From contig CAVSBL010000004.1 of assembly GCA_963726255.1 (NCBI GenBank), positions 1-21,557 on the forward strand: DNA of 21,557 bases, written 5' to 3'. The notes under the pieces are model-generated. The model was not told where the DNA came from and did no database searches. It saw only the letters and a list, made by a program, of their open reading frames with translations. Source of the stretch: Candidatus Bathyarchaeota archaeon (GTDB lineage Archaea > Thermoproteota > Bathyarchaeia > 40CM-2-53-6). This document shows, piece after piece, positions 16,104 through 21,557 of the stretch. The translations under genes and the position numbers were made by a program. Every line of letters begins with the position of its first letter. Positions within the stretch are counted from its first letter, which is position 1.

Positions 16104-16630
16104 ACACAAACAAGCGCAACCTGATCGCGTTGCGAATATTGCTTTACATATTTCTCCTGGCGATCCCATCATATTTCGTAGTTGCACCGATCGGAACCTG
16201 GCTAGTGATCACAATATGGGCATTGGGCCTCGTCGCCGTTGTTTCCCTTAGTTATTGGCCTGGGTACATAGCTATGCTAGCTCTGCTAGCAGGGGGTGCG
16301 GTCAGTAACTCTCCACTAATCCTCTTTGCGCCAGTTTTCTGCCTCATGCTCATGTTTGTTATTGCAACCTCCACTCTCGCGAGGCACTGGGAGGTGGCCA
16401 CGCAACTAATCCCGGGAACGAGGCAAAACGTTACGTCTCTCTATTCGACGGCAATGTGGAGATTCATCAAGATATTTCTCGCCGTCACTTCAATAGTATT
16501 TGTACTTTCTTTCGCGTATTCTACATTACCAACGCTTCTTCCCACTCCAACAGATCCAACGATGCTGGCGGTATACGTGGCCATCGCCCTCGCTGCATTC
16601 ACCATCGTTCTGCGATTGGCTCGTAGCTGA
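16100..16630 (+). CDS. Hypothetical polytopic membrane protein of the MoxR/DUF58 cluster
   Basis: Almost entirely hydrophobic (5-6 TM). TTGA overlap with the DUF58 stop. Confidence 0.78.
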   Translation: MNTNKRNLIALRILLYIFLLAIPSYFVVAPIGTWLVITIWALGLVAVVSLSYWPGYIAMLALLAGGAVSNSPLILFAPVFCLMLMFVIATSTLARHWEVATQLIPGTRQNVTSLYSTAMWRFIKIFLAVTSIVFVLSFAYSTLPTLLPTPTDPTMLAVYVAIALAAFTIVLRLARS

Positions 16631-16641
16631 GGAAGCTGAAC

Positions 16642-17922
16642 ATGCGGAGATCTTACGCATTCGCCATCATGGTGCTATTGGCTGTCTCGCAGCCGGCTCA
16701 GTCAAATGGAGCAATCGTTGCCACGGGTGTACCGACCCTAGCAACCGCTTACAGCAGCCAACGGAAAATCGTGGTAGACGCAACCGGTAATCTATACGTG
16801 GCCTACCTAGCATTACCTCAGAGGAAAGACGAGCCGAACTTTACACAGGTTTACTTGTCCGAATCCGACAACAACGGAGCAACGTGGCGAGTCCTGGGTC
16901 AAGTAAGTTCAGGGCCATATACTTCGGAGCGAGCAACCGTCATTATTGATGCAAGCGAAAGATTGCATATTTTTTGGACAAAGTTCGTGGGTGAGGAGGA
17001 ATATGGTCAGATATTCTACCGAGTCTATGACCACGGAATTTTCTCCGTAGAACGACAATTGACTTCTTCGGCAGCATACTCCGGTTACCCGTCGGCCGCT
17101 TTTGACTCGAAAGGCCGAATACATTTGGCTTGGTATGGCTACGACGGAGTGGCCTACCAAGTCTTCTACTCAAAATATGACGGCGGCAACTGGAGTTTGC
17201 CCATTAGACTATCGCAAGGCTATCCGGACTCATTGAACCCAACAGTCGCGGTAGACTCGAATGACAATGTTTACGTCGCTTGGTACAAAAGCAATGGAAG
17301 AAACTATGAGATCAATTTCGTGCGTTTCGCAGGTGCCTGGACGGACAGAACTGTTTTGTCCTATGGGAGAAATGATGCAGTCGACCCGACAATTGCGATC
17401 GATGCCCAAAACAATGCGTACGTAGTGTGGAACCAGGGCAATGTCACACATAGTCAGATCTACTTCTCAGAACTCAGTGGTGGCAAATGGTCACTTCCCG
17501 CAGCAATAACGTCCGGTGACCTTGATTCGGAAGAACCGTCAATAGCAGTTGAGGACGACTCGGGACTATATGCGATGTATGCGAAGGGTGACGGACAAAT
17601 TTACATAAACCACTTCGAGGCGGGAGTCTGGTCTCGTGAGCAAAGGGTAACGTCTACTGGGTTTAACAGCTATCCTAGTGTTCGTTGGAGTTATTATTAC
17701 AACTTCTTAAATGAAAAAGCGGCAAGACTTGACTACGTTTGGACGTCAGTTGAAGGCATAGTTAGCAGCGTTCGGTACGGAAGTACTCCAATCTCCGGTC
17801 TCCCCCACGGCGGGACCGGGAACACGGTTGAAACCAGCTACCTAGTGGCGGGAATCGCTATAATTGCAGCAAGCGTTCTGATAACTATCTATAAGCGACC
17901 CTGGCTAAGGAAGAAGCGATGA
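16642..17922 (+). CDS. Exported beta-propeller repeat protein (BNR/sialidase-like fold) with C-terminal TM anchor
   Basis: Signal peptide, then ~7 repeats of P(S/T)xAxDxxxxxxxxW (e.g. PSAAFDSKGRIHLAW, PTVAVDSNDNVYVAW, PTIAIDAQNNAYVVW). One Asp-box (SDNNGATW), a C-terminal TM and a KRPWLRKKR tail. Confidence 0.85.
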   Translation: MRRSYAFAIMVLLAVSQPAQSNGAIVATGVPTLATAYSSQRKIVVDATGNLYVAYLALPQRKDEPNFTQVYLSESDNNGATWRVLGQVSSGPYTSERATVIIDASERLHIFWTKFVGEEEYGQIFYRVYDHGIFSVERQLTSSAAYSGYPSAAFDSKGRIHLAWYGYDGVAYQVFYSKYDGGNWSLPIRLSQGYPDSLNPTVAVDSNDNVYVAWYKSNGRNYEINFVRFAGAWTDRTVLSYGRNDAVDPTIAIDAQNNAYVVWNQGNVTHSQIYFSELSGGKWSLPAAITSGDLDSEEPSIAVEDDSGLYAMYAKGDGQIYINHFEAGVWSREQRVTSTGFNSYPSVRWSYYYNFLNEKAARLDYVWTSVEGIVSSVRYGSTPISGLPHGGTGNTVETSYLVAGIAIIAASVLITIYKRPWLRKKR

Positions 17923-17925
17923 AAC

Positions 17926-18099
17926 TTGCGTGACGGTAGCGATGATGAGGAAGACCCTCTCGCAGAACGTCGTGGGGATGTTCACTTAGAGTGGCGGGAT
18001 TATATTGCGGTTGCAGTCGCAACGTTGCAAACCACACTTCTACCGTTCATAATATTCATAGTCGTGTTGATCGCCCTATTGTACCTACTCAGGCGCTAG
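17926..18099 (+). CDS. 57-aa small membrane protein (absent from ORF track)
   Basis: TTG 3 nt after the upstream stop. Reads MRDGSDDEEDPLAERRGDVHLEWRDYIAVAVATLQTTLLPFIIFIVVLIALLYLLRR*: acidic head, long hydrophobic segment, RR tail. It fills the gap in operon orientation. Confidence 0.75.
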   Translation: MRDGSDDEEDPLAERRGDVHLEWRDYIAVAVATLQTTLLPFIIFIVVLIALLYLLRR

Positions 18100-18162
18100 G
18101 GAATCATTCAACCGAAAGACAGTGCGGAGTCCAACAAGCTCACTTGAGGAATAGCGAATCTC

Positions 18163-18729
18163 TTGTCGCCGCATCATAAGCGCCCTGACTCCAAGAAAGC
18201 TGATGTGAAGAAGGAGAGCAAACTCGGAGACACACTGTTTGGCATCATCCTGTTTTTCATTGTCATCGGAATTGTCGTTGGTAGTGTTTACGTTGCAATG
18301 CCCAGCGGACAACAAACCCAGCAGAGCATCTCATTGACTACCTACAGCCTTCCGGCTGGAGATCCTACGCTAACGATTTGCACCACCGGCAACAATTCAG
18401 TTCTAAGGATGGAAGTTAGCCTACGCATAGTCCTTCTCGGAAATGCGGTCAAAATACCTGCGCGAATCGGGATGGCTAAAGGTTGTACTAGGCCCATTTA
18501 TACAAAGGACCTATCGGGAACAATCTACATCGATTCACCTGTCAAATACCCAGTCGCGCTTCGTGATTTCTTCGCTGTCTGGAATGAGCCTTTCAATAAG
18601 AATCAAATTTTCTCGCTGACCGCAAGTGCAAACCACCCAATCGACATGACGGTCAATGGCTTACCAAACAAAGACTATGAAAACCACGTTTTCCAAGACG
18701 GGGAACAGATAACGATAACATACGTGTAG
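18163..18729 (+). CDS. Membrane-anchored exported protein related to the uncharacterised HxH...C..HTHD.sG.iH.E family, with the histidines replaced
   Basis: Basic N-terminus, one TM and a Gln/Thr linker, then C..LRMEVSLRI...KIPARIG...GCTRPIYTKDLSGTIYIDSP...LRDFFAVW...MTVNG...DGEQITITY. Confidence 0.8.
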   Translation: MSPHHKRPDSKKADVKKESKLGDTLFGIILFFIVIGIVVGSVYVAMPSGQQTQQSISLTTYSLPAGDPTLTICTTGNNSVLRMEVSLRIVLLGNAVKIPARIGMAKGCTRPIYTKDLSGTIYIDSPVKYPVALRDFFAVWNEPFNKNQIFSLTASANHPIDMTVNGLPNKDYENHVFQDGEQITITYV

Positions 18730-18794
18730 TGCAATAAGTGTACAGTTCGAAGAGAAACGGCTGAATCACTTCCTATGCGATGACAAATTGACAG

Positions 18795-20192
18795 GTGTTA
18801 CGTTTGGCCAAGCGCCGCACTATTCGAATTACGTTTGCAGTCATACTGATTCTGATAGGACTAATCGCTGGCATGTTCTGGCAGAACCGCCCAATGGAAT
18901 GGAGCGGAGAGAGGCAACTTACGCAAGGATCCGGAGATTCACGGCTCGTCGATCTGAGAGTCGATCCTTCGTGCTATGTTGTGCATTTGGCATGGGAAGA
19001 TACACGCGGTAATGCAACCGAGGTTTACTACAAGCGTAGCCCAGATGACGGAGTAAGTTGGGGGCCGGACATCAGATTGAGCAACTTGACCGCGGGAACG
19101 GTCGAACCTGAACCACGGATTGGAACAGATGGCAAAAGCGTTCTCATATTCTTCTCGAATAAGACCACCACTGGACAACACATATTTTACGTATCCAGTG
19201 CCGATGGTGGAGCAAACTTCTCGCCTCCATTGCAATTGACCAATGACGTGGGCGAACAATCTACTGCCGCTGTAGCCTTCACTGGTCACACGGTCCATCT
19301 CGTCTATCAAGATTATTTCAGCAATGGCATTGAAGAGTTATTCTACGTCAAGAGCCCGGACGCTGGCTTGACCTGGCAAGAGAAGGTTACGTTGACAAGT
19401 ACACCCGGAGCGCAGGATCGCTATGTCGCAATCGCGACCGGTGAAGACAAAGTGTTTGTGACGTGGAGCAGATTTTATCAACTCCAGGAAGCGATCTATG
19501 TCAGAACCAGCCTTGATTCAGGTGCTAGCTGGAAACCTGAAATCCAGATATCAGATTACGGGCCGCCATCATACCAACAGTCCCCCGATGTCGCGTCGGA
19601 TGGAACTCAAGTGCACATTGTGTGGGCTGGCCACGGAATACAGTACTCCCGGAGTACTGATTCCGGCTCTACGTGGTCAAGTCCAATTTCCATCACGAAC
19701 GCTACTCGACAGTATTTTGCACCCAGACTTGCTGTCGTCAATTCTAAGGTTCAAGTCGTGGCGGCAGCAATCTCAACTATTGGAACGCCCCCGCACATTA
19801 AGATAGACTCGGATGTGTATTACCTAACCAGCTCCAATGGCGGTGAAAACTGGATACAACCATTCTCACTTACTACCCATAAATTCGGAATACTGTCGCT
19901 GGCCCCCGTAATACAAAGTCACGGAGACGCATCCTTTGTAGCTTGGGAAGATAACAGGAACGGTCGACTAGCAATATCCTTTCTTTCCAGACCAGATTTC
20001 GCGGCGTTGCGTCGATTTGAACGGCAGCTAATTGTTTCGATAGCAATCAGTGTCGCCGTTACTGTTATCGTATACTCGGTATTGGCTCGGCGGGCGGACC
20101 GAATACATCAGGGTAGAAAGGTTCGCCGGCGTCGTCCCGGCCCGAGGAGCCGCAATCGTCGCAAGACCAGCAATAAGACAGAAAGGAAATAA
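18795..20192 (+). CDS. Asp-box (BNR) repeat six-bladed beta-propeller, sialidase-like fold, with N- and C-terminal TM helices
   Basis: Six Asp-boxes: SPDDGVSW, SADGGANF, SPDAGLTW, SLDSGASW, STDSGSTW and SSNGGENW. Hydrophobic helices at both ends and a very Arg-rich tail. Confidence 0.88.
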   Translation: MLRLAKRRTIRITFAVILILIGLIAGMFWQNRPMEWSGERQLTQGSGDSRLVDLRVDPSCYVVHLAWEDTRGNATEVYYKRSPDDGVSWGPDIRLSNLTAGTVEPEPRIGTDGKSVLIFFSNKTTTGQHIFYVSSADGGANFSPPLQLTNDVGEQSTAAVAFTGHTVHLVYQDYFSNGIEELFYVKSPDAGLTWQEKVTLTSTPGAQDRYVAIATGEDKVFVTWSRFYQLQEAIYVRTSLDSGASWKPEIQISDYGPPSYQQSPDVASDGTQVHIVWAGHGIQYSRSTDSGSTWSSPISITNATRQYFAPRLAVVNSKVQVVAAAISTIGTPPHIKIDSDVYYLTSSNGGENWIQPFSLTTHKFGILSLAPVIQSHGDASFVAWEDNRNGRLAISFLSRPDFAALRRFERQLIVSIAISVAVTVIVYSVLARRADRIHQGRKVRRRRPGPRSRNRRKTSNKTERK

Positions 20193-20199
20193 CGAGTCA

Positions 20200-21261
20200 C
20201 TAGAGACGCAATTCGAAGAGAGGCCGCTCAAAGGGAATTAGGAGAGCGGAGAGAAAAGCGAGAGTGCTGCAATAAACTACGAAAGTGTAGAAAACCTCGC
20301 TGCCCGTCTCAGGCAACTCCTTCTTCAATAAGGCCCGTATGGGAGCGCTACAAATCCTGGCTAACACATTTGGCAACGGAAGCATAAATGGCGTCCGCAT
20401 TCGGTATCTGCGGTAGCTCTTGCCGGCTCGTTTGACCATGGCAATTTCCTCATTCAACGCCAGGGAGATGATCAGAAGAGCCGAAACAAGCCAGAGAAAG
20501 GATGGCCCTGGTTGGCGTACCCAAAAAGGATTGTATGTAACCCTAGCAAGTAAGTCAACGCCGTAGCTCCACAGAATGAATCCAAAGTATTGCGGATGCC
20601 GCGAGTATTTGTATGCCCAGAAGTTGAAGGTCCTTTTTCCTTCAAGCTTTCCGTAAAGCCACGTGAATGTGCCCAAGCAAAATACCATGAGACCAACAGT
20701 GATGGCCAGATACGCTAGAAAGTCGCTCAAAGAAGACGCTATCTGGCCTCCGAGGATGGCCGTGAAGAGGTAGACGAGTATGAGATAGGGAAGGTATACT
20801 ATGTCCTCCAGGTTCAGAATCGCCGGAGAAACATCCCAAAACGGCAACCACATAAACCGCAGAATTCCGATGCCGGCTAGTATGAACATCGATGCCGCGA
20901 AGTAACCAAAGACAGGCATGAAGAAGGCGAATGTACCCAACAAAGACAAGCTCCTGCGTTTCGTGACAAAGCCAACAATCACTAGGACGATTAGAATACC
21001 GAGGAACACGTAGCCAGCGGGCCTTGCATAATTCATTAGCGCCTCAACCATTGCAACGTGTGGCTGTCTGACGCCACGCGCCACCTCGGTCCGAACGTCA
21101 GGGAAATAGGCAGCTAGAAGGCTATTCACTATTCGTGGCAGTTCTAGCGTTGCGAACGTCAGGGCTAGAGTTAAGACGATGGACAAAGCCGCCAGGATCA
21201 AAAACTTCCCTTGAATCGTACGCGTATTCCTATTAGCGGTATCACTTCGCAACTCTCTCAT
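20200..21261 (-). CDS. Integral membrane methyltransferase-like protein (ICMT/PEMT/DUF1295 superfamily) with N-terminal membrane extension
   Basis: YKYSRHPQYFGFILW and NEE..M.....YRRYRMRTPFMLP are the ICMT/PEMT-fold signatures. Many TM segments. SD-like GGAGGG just before ATG 21261. Confidence 0.85.
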   Translation of the reverse strand: MRELRSDTANRNTRTIQGKFLILAALSIVLTLALTFATLELPRIVNSLLAAYFPDVRTEVARGVRQPHVAMVEALMNYARPAGYVFLGILIVLVIVGFVTKRRSLSLLGTFAFFMPVFGYFAASMFILAGIGILRFMWLPFWDVSPAILNLEDIVYLPYLILVYLFTAILGGQIASSLSDFLAYLAITVGLMVFCLGTFTWLYGKLEGKRTFNFWAYKYSRHPQYFGFILWSYGVDLLARVTYNPFWVRQPGPSFLWLVSALLIISLALNEEIAMVKRAGKSYRRYRMRTPFMLPLPNVLARICSAPIRALLKKELPETGSEVFYTFVVYCSTLAFLSALLIPFERPLFELRL

Positions 21262-21557
21262 GACCCTCCGAAATCACAGGGTATCCCCACGATAGGTGAC
21301 GGAGCATCATTATCAGCAAGACCGGTTAATCGATTTCTTGAGAAATCGTTGAGCAAGAACAACACACGCAGCGCGGCGGCACTTTTCAACTTAAAGGCCC
21401 ATCGTTATCCGAAACCGCGTAAACCACTTGCAATCAGGCAGCGTTGCGAATTCAACTTTCCCTGTGCTGAAGTATCGGAGCCGTCGAAGGTTACGGGAGC
21501 GTTTCTCGCTAAGACAGCTCCAACCTGTTCCCTAGTTTCACCCATTAGCATGTGAGC

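Noticed and set aside
7238-17451. Numerous 60-110 aa antisense or off-frame ORFs within the operon
   Set aside because: They lie within well-supported genes, lack motifs and are expected shadows at roughly 50% GC.
18795-20192. Calling the Asp-box protein an active sialidase
   Set aside because: Asp-boxes indicate the fold only, and no RIP motif or clear catalytic Arg triad was seen.
117-21300. GTCACCTATC at 117-126 and its reverse complement at 21291-21300 as terminal inverted repeats of an element
   Set aside because: Only 10 bp match, which is plausible by chance in 21 kb. No transposase, integrase or target-site duplication was seen.
21211-21555. 114-aa plus-strand ORF at the right edge, and a ~50-codon open minus-strand frame entering from the edge
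   Set aside because: The plus ORF overlaps the start and promoter region of the methyltransferase gene and has no recognisable motifs. The minus frame is too short and featureless to call.
1-21557. CRISPR arrays, tRNA/rRNA genes, IS elements and DNA-level tandem repeats
   Set aside because: None was recognised by eye. Intergenic gaps are short and the propeller repeats are diverged at the DNA level. A tRNAscan or Rfam run would be needed to exclude small RNAs.

Overview
A gene-dense window, probably archaeal: it has BRE/TATA-like boxes, frequent TTG/GTG starts and a class III signal peptide. A Bathyarchaeia/TACK-type origin is an inference from gene style. From left to right it holds: a possible pyrE-like 5' end running off the left edge; a START/SRPBCC-fold gene; a multiply disrupted luciferase-like monooxygenase (LLM) pseudogene; a LarA-superfamily protein; two small membrane proteins; a membrane-anchored M6 (immune inhibitor A)-like protein; and a winged-HTH protein with a membrane anchor. 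These are followed by a ~13.7-kb co-directional block (6495-20192). In it, a complete Opp/Dpp ABC importer runs by stop/start overlaps into a DUF4129 / hypothetical / MoxR AAA+ / DUF58 / membrane-protein module, then two anchored beta-propeller proteins, a 57-aa membrane protein missed by the ORF track and a small anchored exported protein. A convergent ICMT/PEMT-like methyltransferase gene closes the window. The most striking pattern is that three intact ORFs from unrelated metal-site families (LarA, M6 zinc protease, and a normally His-rich HxH/HTHD exported family) appear to have lost their metal or cofactor ligands while keeping the surrounding motifs. All family assignments come from remembered motifs, not database searches. 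No rRNA, tRNA, CRISPR array or transposase was recognised.
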